Shown one piece after another: positions 51,124-62,743 of a DNA stretch of 64,000 nt. The DNA is from Gekko japonicus (taxonomy: Eukaryota). The stretch spans positions 16,620-80,619 of the forward strand of contig NW_015165278.1 in assembly GCF_001447785.1 (NCBI RefSeq). The letters run 5' to 3'. The notes beneath the pieces were generated by a model, which saw only the letters and a program-made list of their open reading frames with translations, made no database searches and had not been told where the DNA came from. The position numbers and the translations under genes are program-made. Positions within the stretch are counted from its first letter, which is position 1, and every line of letters begins with the position of its first letter.

Positions 51124-52214
51124 CTTTGTAGATTCCAATACGGCAGCCTTAAATAATCATAGCGAAAGAAATCCACTCCTTTTTCTGGCTCGTTTCATTT
51201 CCAGGTGGTTCATCATCAGATAAAACGTATGACTATTATGAAAAGTGAATGGAGAACGGCATATATAGCAGTAACACCATAACACCCTTTAGGGGAAGGA
51301 ATATTAAAACTGGGTTAATACAGTGACCAGAGGCAAAGGGAGACAGTTTTGGTGCCTTTTAATGATACAGAAGGAGGACTCTGGGCAGGCTGGCTCATCA
51401 CACAAGAGTGACCTAACCCACCTGTCTACATTTAACTATTACTCCCTCTATGGAAGGTCCAATAAATTATTAGGTATTAAATGTAACCACATCTACATCA
51501 TGTAAATCCTATTAATTTCAACAGGTCTCTTACAAGAGAAATGTGCATAAGGATCATGACCAACTAATCCAAACAGGTCTCATCAGAATCCCCATTTTTC
51601 AGTTCAGGGGTCTTCTTACAGACCACCCTGAAGGGGCCCTCTAGGGGATCTCTCTACTAAACCCTGGGCTTTACTCAGGATTTCTGATCAGCAACCGAAC
51701 AGCTTGTTTCCAGGGTCAGCTTTCTCAATATTTTTTTATTTTCAAAACATACCAAACATAAAAACAAACATACAAACATAAAATGGGTACATTATTACAT
51801 ATTTTTTACTCTGCATTAAACTACCTCATACATAATTTAAAACTATGTCAATTTTCCACCTTCTGCATATCATATTTTGCAAATATATAATTCTTATTTT
51901 CTATTAACTTAACCTTTGTCTAAGCATTTTGATATATTCTTCCATTAGCTATATATAGTTATATGGTTCTTATTTTCTTCTGACTTGGATTATCTAAACA
52001 TCTCTCTCTCCATATACTATTTTGCTTTCCATACATATAGATACAATACACACTACATACATCATTATCTGCAGAAGTGAGCAGTGACACATGAAAGCTC
52101 ACATCATGCCACATATTTTGTTAATCTTTAAGGTGCTACTGGACTCTTGCTCTTTTCTATATACATCAAGATACCCATACATCTACTATATATATACCCC
52201 ACATACATAGGCAT

Positions 52215-53133
52215 GTATGGTATCTATAATACACACATACGCACAAGACGTACATATCAATACATAGATTCAGTTAGTCGGCCATGTTGGTCTGAAGCAG
52301 TACAACAAATTTAGAATCCAGTGGCACCTTTAAGACTAACGAAAGTTTATTCGAGGTATGAGCTTTTATGTGTATGTATGGTAACCTAGCAGTTCGAAAG
52401 CAAGAAATTGCAAGTAGATAAATAGGTACCACTTTGGTGGGAAGGTAACAGCGTTCCGTGCACCTTGGTGTTTAGTCATGCCGGCCACATGACCACGGAA
52501 ACGTCTTCGGACAGCGCTGGCTCTTCGGCTTGGAAACGGAGATGAGCACCGCAACCCTAGAGTCGGATTCGACTGGCTTTCGAGCAAGGGAACCTTATGG
52601 TATATATAATATGCACAAGATGGACATATCAATACATAGATCCAAGTTGGTCAGCTGTGTTGGTCTGAAGCCGTACAACAGATTTAGAGTCCAATGGTAC
52701 CTTTAAGACCAACAAAGGTTATTCAAGGTATGAGCTTTTGTGTGCATGTATGGCATCTATAATATGCACATATGCACAAGATGGACATATCAATACATAG
52801 ATCAAGTTAGTCAGCCGTGTTGGTCTGAAGCAGTACAACAGATTTAGAGTCCAGTGGCACCTTTAAGACCAGCAAAGGTTTATTCAAGGTATGAGCATTC
52901 GTGTGCGTATATGGTATCTATAATGTACACATACTCACAAGACATACATATCAATACATAGATCCAATTAGTCAGCCGTGTTGGTCCGAAGCAGTACAAC
53001 AAATTTAGAGTCCAGTGGTACCTTTAAGACCAACAACGGTTTATTCAAGGTATGAGCTTTTGTGTGCACACGAAAACTCATACCTTGAATAAACCTTTGT
53101 TGGTCTTAAAGGAGCCACTGGACTCTAAATTGG
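52215..53133. repeat. Tandem array (4 x ~160 bp) of Penelope-arm plus host sequence, ending in a hairpin and interrupted by a Sauria SINE
   Basis: Unit ...CATATCAATACATAGAT..GTTGGTCTGAAGCAGTACAAC..GAGTCCAGTGGCACCTTTAAGAC..TATGAGCTTT repeated four times; the last unit is followed by its inverse. Confidence 0.85.
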
Positions 53134-53229
53134 TTATATCAATACATGATATGGATGGATACACAGAGACACACCACACGTTCATAGAGGCACATACACA
53201 CATGTATAACATACTCATAGGACAAGCAG

Positions 53230-53800
53230 CACCTGAAGCAGCCGATTCACCCCCAACCCCGGATGATCCCAGCTCCACTGGAGAACGGAACGCAACCAAG
53301 CTCAAACCGCCCCACTCACGTTCACCACGCAGCTCCCTTCTGGGCGGGGCCAAGGAATGACCGGCAGCGCCCCCAGAAGGCCGGCCGGCCGGCCCGCCTT
53401 CCCTCGCTCCGAGGACACTTCCGGCCTACCTTCGGCCTGACCTCCCTCTCGTCGGCTATTACTGCGCCTGCGCACGGGGAACGGGCTGCGGTCTCCACCA
53501 GTGGCGGACTACCCGGGACGATGCGAAGGCGGTGGATTGGGTGGGCGGGATCGGCGGAGTTATCGCGAGAACTGCCCGCGCTCTCTGGAGAGAGGGGGCT
53601 CGGCTGTGCTTCTGTGCCCACGCGCGCGGTGCTATGGAAACCGGAGGCCTGGCGTAGCCGGGAGTTTTCGCGGTAGGCGTGAGCCGCGGGGGTGAGGTGG
53701 TGTGGGGGAGAGAGAGGCGCTGTAGGCGGGCCCCCCTCGCGCCAAAAAGGGCCCCGAAGGGAGAGGTTTCTCGTCCCGCATGGCTGCGTTTGCTTTGCTC
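53230..53800. promoter_or_regulatory. Bidirectional CpG-island promoter of ANKRD49 (-) and MRE11 (+), including their non-coding first exons
   Basis: CpG island with ETS ACTTCCGG (~53417), NRF1 TGCGCCTGCGCA (53463-53474), TCGCGAGA (BANP/Kaiso-type, ~53563), GC boxes and X-box-like GGTGCTATGGAAAC (53628). Minus-strand donor AAC|gtgagt at 53320; plus-strand donor candidates at 53673-53692. Confidence 0.85.
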
Positions 53801-54110
53801 AGCTCTGTCTAGCAGAGTCCGCTGAGAACAAGAAATTGTGATATAGAAAACGAGGAACATTCAGATCCTGCTATCTCGCCCTCTTTGGACTCCTTGGATA
53901 GAAATCTCTGGATTTTATGCAGAAATTTGAACTGAACGCATTTGGTTTTCCATTTGGACTGGACTTGTATGGTTTTCCGTTTAGTAACTAAAATCTATGA
54001 TTTTGATATGCAACCTTTTGATAAGTGAATGTGCAAAAAAGTAAGACTATCATACGGAAAAATAAGGAAACGTAACTTGTTTGATAACCTTATTTTTTGC
54101 ACATCGGATC

Positions 54111-54316
54111 CAATAGCTCCCTCTAAACTGTGGAGTCTTGTGAGCAAAAGTTCTACTTTGTGAGCTGCTGGCACTAAAGTTGTGAGCGAGCGATTTGGCT
54201 ACTGCATAGATTAGTCTGCTCTGGAGCCATCCTCCCTGAGCGAAGACAAAAATGTGTGAGCCGGAGCTAAAAAACTGCGAGTTAGCTCACACTAACTCAG
54301 CTTGGAGGGAACACTG
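54111..54316 (-). mobile_element. hAT MITE family A (a further partial copy lies at ~26240-26401)
   Basis: TIRs; 8-bp TSD ATCGGATC. Confidence 0.9.
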
Positions 54317-55008
54317 ATCGGATCACAGTTTTCTTGTTCTCAGTGGGCTGCGTTTCCTTGGCTGTGACAGCTCTGTCTAGCAGCATTTTGATGCATCATA
54401 GCTGCTCTACTCACCCACCCAGTGCAGCAAATCGTCTTACTGGCGCCCCTTGAGGTTTTTATATAGTTATGCTGTTTTGTATCTGTTTTATGGCTGTATT
54501 TTATTTTTAAAGCTTTGTATGTTTTTAAGAATATAGAACCTGAGCCTGCTGTGCAGGGAAGGGAGGGAAGCCCGATGAAATAAATAATAGTAATATTGAG
54601 GACCCAATAGCCTTGTCGGTTTCTTTGTAGCCTGTATCAGCCTAGTTTAGTTCTCCTTGACCCACAATAGTGCATGGGATTCTACTTTGACTAAGCAGTC
54701 AAACGATGCTTTCCCCCCACCGTCCCCAAAACTCCAACCTGATAATGAGAGTTAAGAGGCTGAAAAGTTAAGTAGGTTGCAAGTGGGAGTGGTGCTGATT
54801 GGCTTCAAAGTGTGGTTGAATGAGATAGCACAAAACTCTATATCTGAAGAAGTGAGCTATCAAAAACAACGGCCACATCACTGCTCCCTAGCTAGTGGTA
54901 TTCTACAGGTGTAGCTGTGTGAAAGTGCAATCCTGGACAGCAGCAGCAGTCTGCCACCTTTTTGAGCCTCGGGGCACCTTTGGAATTTTGACACAGGGTG
55001 GTGGAGCC

Positions 55009-55522
55009 AATGATAACTTGGCTGTTGCAGGTCACGGAGCCAACCACAAAATGTCAGGGAGTGAGGTTATGCATGACTCTAATAGGAACTCTTCAGTAGT
55101 TTGGTGTAGTGGTTAAGATCGGCGGACTCTAATTTGGAGAACAGGGTTTGATTCCCCACTCCTTCACGTGCAGTTGCTGTGTGACCTTGGGCAAGTCACA
55201 GTTCTCTCAGAGCTCTCTCAGCCCCACTTACCTCACAGGGTGTCTGTTGCAGGGACAGGAAGGGAAATGATAACTTGGCTGTTGCAGGTCACGGAGCCAA
55301 CCACAAAATGTCAGGGAGTGAGGTTATGCATGACTCTAATAGGAACTCTTCAGTAGTTTGGTGTAGTGGTTAAGATCGGCGGACTCTAATTTGGAGAACA
55401 GGGTTTGATTCCCCACTCCTTCACGTGCAGTTGCTGTGTGACCTTGGGCAAGTCACAGTTCTCTCAGAGCTCTCTCAGCCCCACTTACCTCACAGGGTGT
55501 CTGTTGCAGGGACAGGAAGGGA
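55009..55522 (+). repeat. Direct tandem duplication, 257-bp unit
   Basis: 55009-55265 and 55266-55522 appear identical. Confidence 0.9.
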
Positions 55523-56630
55523 AGGAGATTGTAAGCCGCTCTGAGACTCCGAGTGAAGAGCGGGGTATAAATTCAATCTCTTCTCTCTCTTCATTTCAGG
55601 CAGAAGCTATGTATAACAGTATGCCTTTTAAAATGAACATACTCTTCAGACATTTTCTTGCATACACACAGTTTACCTTCGGCCACGCAGTGAAGATACC
55701 TTGTGTTGTAGTGGCAGCTGCCGCCGAAGCAATTGCAAAACAAAATTGCTCAATCAATCAGGTTGCTAGTCTCTGAGGAGAAGTCCTGCTGGGCAAAAAA
55801 ACCCCACCTTGGCCCCACCCACTCTCCAAAAACATTTGGTGAGTGCCAAGAAAGGTGCCATGGGCACCACACTGAGGACCACTGCTAAGCAATTACAGCC
55901 TTTTAAATCTGTTGAAGTCAATTTGCTAGGAAGGGTATAGCTATGTTTAGAACGGCACTGTTAATCTGCTGCAGCAAAAATTAACAGGAGTCTCCTGGCA
56001 CTTTAAGGAGCAGCAGAACTTTATTCCAGCATAAGCAGTTTTGTACCAGAGACACTTCTGGATACATTGCATTTGGAGAAGTGAGCTCGTCTACAAAGTT
56101 TATATTGGAATAAAGTTTTGTTGGTCTTTAAGGTACCCTGAGACTCCTGGTTTTCTTCAAGTATCAAACATGTTTTACAGTAATTCTCAAACTCGGCCTT
56201 TCTGTGAGCTGCAGTAGCTGTCTGTTATTTTCTGGGTGCAGTTCAAAGTAATGGTAATTGCCTTCAAACTTTGGCCTGGACCCAAAATCTTTGTGAATGT
56301 TTCCTGTCAAACAACCAAGCTTAAAACGTTTCAGAAAAACCAGATTACTACTCAAACAGGCATTCAGGATTTAATCTAGTCTGTGTGTTGTACTTCCACT
56401 TTTATGTCTCTGTCATGGATTTCCTCTTTTCAAAAATAAATTGGTTTCTTGCTCAAATAGGAAAGCAGTCAGTGCATTCTAAAACTAAAGAAATATTTCT
56501 GGCCCCACAGTGGTGATACTCATATTTTTCTTCTGTTCCTTTTAGGTCTTGACTGAAACTGCCTTTCCGAATCTGTTAGCACCACAGGACAGAAGCCTGG
56601 TGAATTTTGGCCTATTGGGACTGCAGAAAG

Positions 56631-56650
56631 ATGAGTCCTGCCACGTCCAT
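56631..56650 (+). CDS. MRE11: MRE11 first coding exon (exon starts 56546; MSPATS-M)
   Basis: Acceptor ttttag|gtctt at 56546; aagATG at 56631; 20 coding nt then |gtaagt, phase-compatible with the next exon. Confidence 0.85.
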
Positions 56651-56993
56651 GTAAGTTCCCCTTATCCAAAACATTCTGTTCTTTGGCAGAGCCATATTTT
56701 AGTGGTAGAGTTATATTAAAACCGAGCAGTCATGGTTTCTTCAAAGATACTTGGTATCACCCTTCCAGTTCCTGTCCTTTTTCTCTCCTTACTGGAGTAT
56801 TAGTTGGTGTAAAGAAAGTCTTCTTTAACAGCAAGGAAAGCTGTATGCAAACACAGAAGGATCTATTTTTGTGGTTATATGCTATGAAACAGTAGTGCTG
56901 TGGGAAGGTAGTTCAATAAGTACAGGTTGCTGTAAGTCCAAAATACCCAGCAACTGTCAGTGTAGTTCATTTGCTATGGCCTTATCTCCAAAC

Positions 56994-57337
56994 GCTGAGG
57001 TGGCTCAAGTGGTTAAGATGCTGAACTGCAGGCTGTGGAAGGTCAGTAGTTCAGCAGTTCGAGACCCAAGTGTGCCGCATGACGGTGTGAGCTCCCATCT
57101 CTACTTCCAGCTCTTGCCAACCTAGCCGTTCGAAAGCAAGAAATTGCAAGTAGATAAACAGGTACCACTTCGGTGGGAAGGTAACAGCGTTCCCTGCGCC
57201 TTGGTGTTTAGTCATGCCGACCACATGACCATGGAAATGTCTTCGGACAGTGCTGGCTCTTCGGCTTTGAAACAGAGATGAGCACCGCAACCCTAGAGTC
57301 GGATTCGCCTGGCTTTCGAGCAAGGGAACCTTTACCT
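56994..57337 (+). mobile_element. Sauria SINE (Squam1), full length
   Basis: tRNA-like head, Sauria body, (ACCTTT)n tail; TSD TTATCTCCAAAC. Confidence 0.9.
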
Positions 57338-57489
57338 TTATCTCCAAACAGCCTTTGCTGGGGATGGGTAATTCTGTTGCATCTGTTCATCGTGTGTGAT
57401 TGGATCATTCAGTCACTCCTGATGTACCAGAATTGCTTGCCCTAAGGGGAGGCAGCCTGGCCCACCTTTCCCTATGAAGAAAGGTTAAA

Positions 57490-58038
57490 ACTTTCCCTAT
57501 GAAGAAAGGTTAAAACACTTGGGGCTCTTTAGCTTGGAGAAACGACAGCTGAGGTGTGACATGATCGAGGTTTATAAGATTATGCATGGGATAGAGCAGG
57601 TTGAGAAAGAAGCACTTTTCTCCCTTTCTCACAATGCAAGAACTTGTGGGCACTCCATGAAATTGCTGAGCAGTCGGGTTAGAACGGATAAAAGGAAGTA
57701 CTTCTTCACCCAAAGAGTGATTAACACATGGAATTCACTGCCACAGGAGGTGGCGGCGGCTACAAGCATGGGCAGCTTCAAGAGGGAATTGGATAAACAG
57801 ATGGAGCAGAGGTCCATCAGTGTCTATTAGCCACAAGGTATAGATAGGAAGGCTGGGGCAAGTGATGCACTGTATTCTTGGTGCTTGGGGGGGGGGCAAC
57901 AGTGGGAGGGCTTCTAGTGTCCTGGCCCCACTGGTGGACTTCCTGATGGCACCTGGTATTTTTGGCCACTGTGTGGCAGAGTGTTAGACTGGATGGGCCA
58001 TTGGCCTGATCCAACATTGGCTTCTCTTATGTTCTTAT
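57490..58038 (+). mobile_element. CR1 LINE 3' fragment; other CR1 tails at ~5297-5440 (-), 13790-14236, 28480-28648, 32840-33015, 38158-38385
   Basis: LGLFSLEKRQLRCDMIEVYKIMHG..FFTQRVINTWNSLP (CR1 ORF2 end); (TTCTTATG)n tail. Confidence 0.92.
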
Positions 58039-58148
58039 CTCTTCATGAATCCTTGCTCTGTGTCTTTCTCTTTCAAATGGGGAGTTGTCTTATGGGTTGA
58101 TACAGTAGAATACAGTGTCCTGTTTTGTTTTTCCTATATTCGCTTTAG

Positions 58149-58287
58149 GGATGAAGAAGAAAAAGACACTTTTAAAATTTTAGTTGCTACAGATATTCAT
58201 CTGGGCTATTTGGAGAAGGATGCTGTGCGTGGAAATGATACGTTTGTAACTTTTGATGAAATCTTGAAACTTGCTCAAGATAATAAG
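58149..58287 (+). CDS. MRE11: MRE11 coding exon 2 ([46 protein letters not shown])
   Basis: Phosphoesterase motif I (DIHLG); AG/GT boundaries. Confidence 0.97.
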
Positions 58288-58628
58288 GTATGTATGCCTT
58301 GTAACAGCGTTAGCATTGAAAGAGCAGATGTAGCTGTCTCCTGATTTCATGTGGATTGTGTGTTGACGTCATGGCAGCGTGTGAGCAGGGTTATAACTTG
58401 GTTCCCATCCTGTTTGGTTTCAACCATTTGTGAGGGTTTGGGATAGTAATGAAGGACAGCGTCTTGCAGATAGCTTTCAGTTCATTGGTTTTAGAGATTG
58501 GTAACAAGACCGAATATTTTCATATATTAAATGCTGGTAGTGGTATTACAAGAGCCATTTTGTGGCATATTCTAATGTAGCATTTTGCAGTCCACCTTAA
58601 AATAGTGTGCCTTTTCCATATTCTGTTT

Positions 58629-60419
58629 TTGTGTGTGTGTGTGTGTTTGGATCCCCCTGAGGGGACTTTTTTATTGATTTTTTGTAAACTACAACCGAAA
58701 ATATAGGGAGGGGAACTACGTCTAAGGGAAAAAGAAAAAAGACCCACTAATAACTAAAAACCCACGAGGAGAGCAATACATCAGCTTAACTCAATGTTAG
58801 TTTTAAAAAGCTATTAAAACAATGAACATAGTCGGCTATGCTAGGTTAATTACCTTTTAACTATTCATTTAACTGCTTAAAGAAACCCCCCAAGCATCCC
58901 AAAATCATTTCAGAGTTTTCAGGCACAAATCAGAGTCCTTCAGCCACTATGCAGTTTTGGGAGCAGCCGCCCCCTTTTCAGAGGGTGAGTCCTCATCCGA
59001 AGGCCCCGAGCCTAACTCTCCATCAGATTTGCTTTCTTCTTCTTCTTTCTCGTCCTCAGCTGGTTCCCCGAGCTGTGTTCGCAGAAAATCACATGCCTTA
59101 AGAACAGAGTCAATCTTTTCTTTTTTATCGTGTAGTTTGAAAATGATGCCTTCTGGGATTAACCATCTATAACTGATGCCCTTTGTTTGTAAAAATAGGA
59201 TTAGCTCTTTATAATTCTTTCTCTTCTTTCATATGTCAAATGGAATGTCTTTTAAAATCCTGATGCTGTTGTCCCCAGTTTTCAAGGGAGTTCCCGAAGT
59301 TGCTTTCAAAATAGAGTCTCTCACATGTCTCTTCGAGAATCTGACTACTATTTTCCCAGGCAGATTATTTTTCTTGATGTATGAGGAATAGGACCTGTAC
59401 ACCGCATCCATCTCGCTGTAGACGTATTCCGCGGTCAAATCTGTCATTGGGGCTATTGCTTCACTCAGTCGTTGCTTCAGATTCTCCTTTAATTTCCAGG
59501 ACCCCTTGAAACCCTAGGACCAAATTGGCTTTCTCCATTTGCAACTGCAAAAGTTGTGACTCTTCCGTGACTTGCTTCATTTCCAGCTTTTGCACCTTTT
59601 TCTTTTTTAGTATTGGCGTCCATTTCCTTCACCTTCTCCCCCATTTGCTTCGTTGCTTTTAAGGATTGAGTCAATTGCAGCTTCTGTGAAGCCAAACTCT
59701 GACCAATTACTGACAATTGTTGCTTAATACTGGTCATCTCATCCAGCAGAGGGCGCAAGGAATCTGCCAACATTCTTGAAAGCTCAGTGGTCTCTTCCGT
59801 TCAAGGACTGCCCACTAGTTTCGCTTTCAAAAGTTTTTCTTTCTCCGATTTCTTCCCCGCCATCTTTTTGGATTTGTTTACTTAACGAAAAGTTGCTAAA
59901 GTCTCTGATATTCGCCCAAATGCTTATCTGCACTCTGGTAAGTCTCTGAAAGTTTCCAATGCTTAATTTTTCCGCTCCCCCCTCTTTATTCCGTGTTTTC
60001 GTTCATGCGTATGGGAGGGGTCCCTCCCTTGCTCGCTTCGCGTCACTCTTTAAGGGGGGTAGCTTTCTTTTTAATTTTTCATATTCGCTTCAACCCGACT
60101 CACAGTTGTTGGCCAACCGGCCTCGCTCAGCACCGTTTTTTCCCCTGCCCAATCTCCAATGCTTGTCCCGGTCAGTAGGACTCGTACCATACGGTCACTC
60201 AGCGGCAGGACCTTCGGGGCGGAGGAGTGCCTCAATTCTCCGGCATCACTCCATCGAAGAGGTCACCCCTCAAAAGCTCCCTGGCTAGGAGCCTTTTGCC
60301 AAGGCTCCGGGGGGGGGGGGGCGCGACCCGACACCCCTCCTACACGCTGGTTTGCAGTTTGCATCCCCGGGACGTCCAGGAGATGCGTCTGCCTGCGTGT
60401 CGCCATAAACCGGAAGTCC
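58629..60419 (-). mobile_element. ORF1-only L1 derivative (HAL1-like), full length, degenerate ORF1 at 58947-59863
   Basis: 13-bp TSD CCATATTCTGTTT (58616-58628 / 60420-60432). 5' end GGACTTCCGGTTTATGGCG with a CpG-rich 5'UTR. L1 ORF1p-like translation (coiled coil; KIVVRF..RDSILK..IRILKDIP; YRWLIPEG) with two stops and a frameshift. AATAAA and an A/(CA)n tail; no ORF2. Confidence 0.85.
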
Positions 60420-60762
60420 CCATATTCTGTTTGTTGACATTTCAGTGTAATGTGTTCATTTTCTATAGCTAATCCCTTTTTTACCTAATGTTTATTTTAC
60501 AGACATGAGAACTTAAAGATGCAAAACTGGTTTAAAACAGCTGCCTGCAGATTTTTGTTTTTTAAAGCTGCCTGTAAATTCCTTTTTTAAAAGTCTTGTG
60601 TTCAACATAACTTCATTTTCAGCTTCATTTTAGAGGCTGTTAAATACCAAGAATGTAATGTAAATTTGTATAGAATGTTTAGATTTTGTTCTTTAGATAA
60701 TGTAAATAAGCTTACATGAGAAATCTGAATGTTCGGAGATTTTTCTTCTTTTTCTTCTGTAG

Positions 60763-60924
<162 letters not shown>

Positions 60925-61271
60925 TAAGTCTGGATTACTGTGAAACTGAATATCGATAAGTTGTGTAGTTTTCTAAGTATTAATAATGAAAGTTATAATC
61001 TTTTAAAATCAGTTTTACATATGAGGGCTTCACTCATGTGAGTCTAGTGGACATGAAGAATAGTTCATGAGTTTGTTTCAGGACTGATGTTTTGGCACTG
61101 AGATCAGTGGTTAACAATCACATTGGTTTTAAGGAAGCAAAACTGCAGACTCTGTTTCTGTTTCGTTCGAAAGGAAGGATCAGTGATTCTTTAGCGAGAG
61201 CGGGTTATCAAATATGCTAAATTATTTTTTCTATAAATCATTGATCTACAGAACTTTGCTGTCTTGTTTAG

Positions 61272-61359
61272 ATTTCCATGGGTCAACTACCAAGATGAAA
61301 ATCTCAATGTTTCTATTCCAGTTTTTAGTATCCATGGCAACCATGATGATCCAACAGGG
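61272..61359 (+). CDS. MRE11: MRE11 coding exon 4 ([29 protein letters not shown])
   Basis: Motif III (HGNHDD); 88 nt; AG/GT boundaries. Confidence 0.97.
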
Positions 61360-62601
61360 GTAAGTCCTTTGTTCCCTTTCATATTTGGCTTTCTTCTAGT
61401 TGGGTTGGGGTTTTTTGGCACTGTTTGATGACATTGGGAGAGGCTGTGACTCAGCAGTAGAGCATCTGCTTGGCATGCAGAAGGTCCCAAATTCAATCCC
61501 CGACACCTCTAGTTAAAAGGATCAGGTTATAGGTGATGTGAAGGATCTTTGCCTAAGCCATTGGAGAGCCACTGCTAGTCTGAGTACACAATACTGATTT
61601 TGGACCATTGCTCTGATTCTGTATAAGGCAACTTCATGTGTTCATTGTATTTAAATTAATTTCAAACGGATAACTTTTGGAATATTAGTAAGTATGATTA
61701 ATTATTGGGTATGCTGATCTTCAGAAGGGTGCACAGGATGTCAGAATCCAGGAAACATTTATACCAAAGGTCCCTTAATGAGTTTAGGCAAACGTTTGGC
61801 ACGTTGATTGCATAATCTCATTTCATCTGTGGGAACCTTATAGATGTCAGTGTGTTGCTAAACAGCTCAATGACTTTCTGCCCTTTCACAGCAATTATGT
61901 ATGAATCAGAAAATATTACTTGTGGAATAGATGCATTCAGGATTTTAAATGTTTTATGATTATTAGGCTCATGCTCATTATGTAAGGCATTTAAAATGCA
62001 TTTGATATTGTGGCTCTAATACAATTCTTTCATTCGTGCAATCAGAGGATAGGATCAAACGTATTTTCGTAATGGCATGAAGATGTGAACAGCTTTTCAG
62101 TGCGATCCTATGCAGACTTACTCCACTGATTTCAGTTGGCTTAGCCTGGAGGAACTCTACCTAGGATTGCACTAGGAAGCTGTTCACTTTTTTTAGACCC
62201 TTAAGAACAAACATTATATCCTAGCCTCTGATTGTACTAATAAAGGAAATGTATTACAGAGCCACTAAAAATGCATTTGAAATGTTTAATGCAAATATGC
62301 TCATGTAACTCTGCCCGGGATTTCATTGCTTGTCATTAGGTTTAGCTTGGATTCTCTTTAGTCCACAAAAGCTACAAGCCCATAAAAACTTTTATTGGCC
62401 TGGATACTCCTGTGTATCCTTGATAAGTGTGGTAAATAAAGAAGCTGTCCCTTTGCAAACACTTCATTGACCAGTTGCCTGCTGGCAATATCTACTTACC
62501 ACAGATGATCAGGATAGTGGCCGTTTATAAGCCAGGTTTAGCCAGTTTGGAAATTCAGAGACTGTAATGCTTTTGTTTGTAATGCTTTTTTTTTTTAACA
62601 G

Positions 62602-62743
62602 GCAGATGCGCTTTGTGCTTTGGACATTTTGAGTTGTGCCGGACTTCTGAATCATTTTGGGCGATCACCATCTGTAGAGAAGATAGATGTTAGCCCTGTT
62701 TTGCTTCAGAAGGGTAATTCAAAAATTGCTCTCTATGGACTAG
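62602..62743 (+). CDS. MRE11: MRE11 coding exon 5 ([47 protein letters not shown]); gene continues beyond the window
   Basis: 142 nt, ttaacag| ... G|gtaagc, in frame with the previous exons. Confidence 0.97.

Noticed and set aside
52215-53133. CRISPR-like repeat array
   Set aside because: Eukaryotic context; whole units repeat, with no unique spacers.
61331-61342. X-box half site CCATGGCAAC
   Set aside because: Simply encodes the MRE11 HGN catalytic motif.
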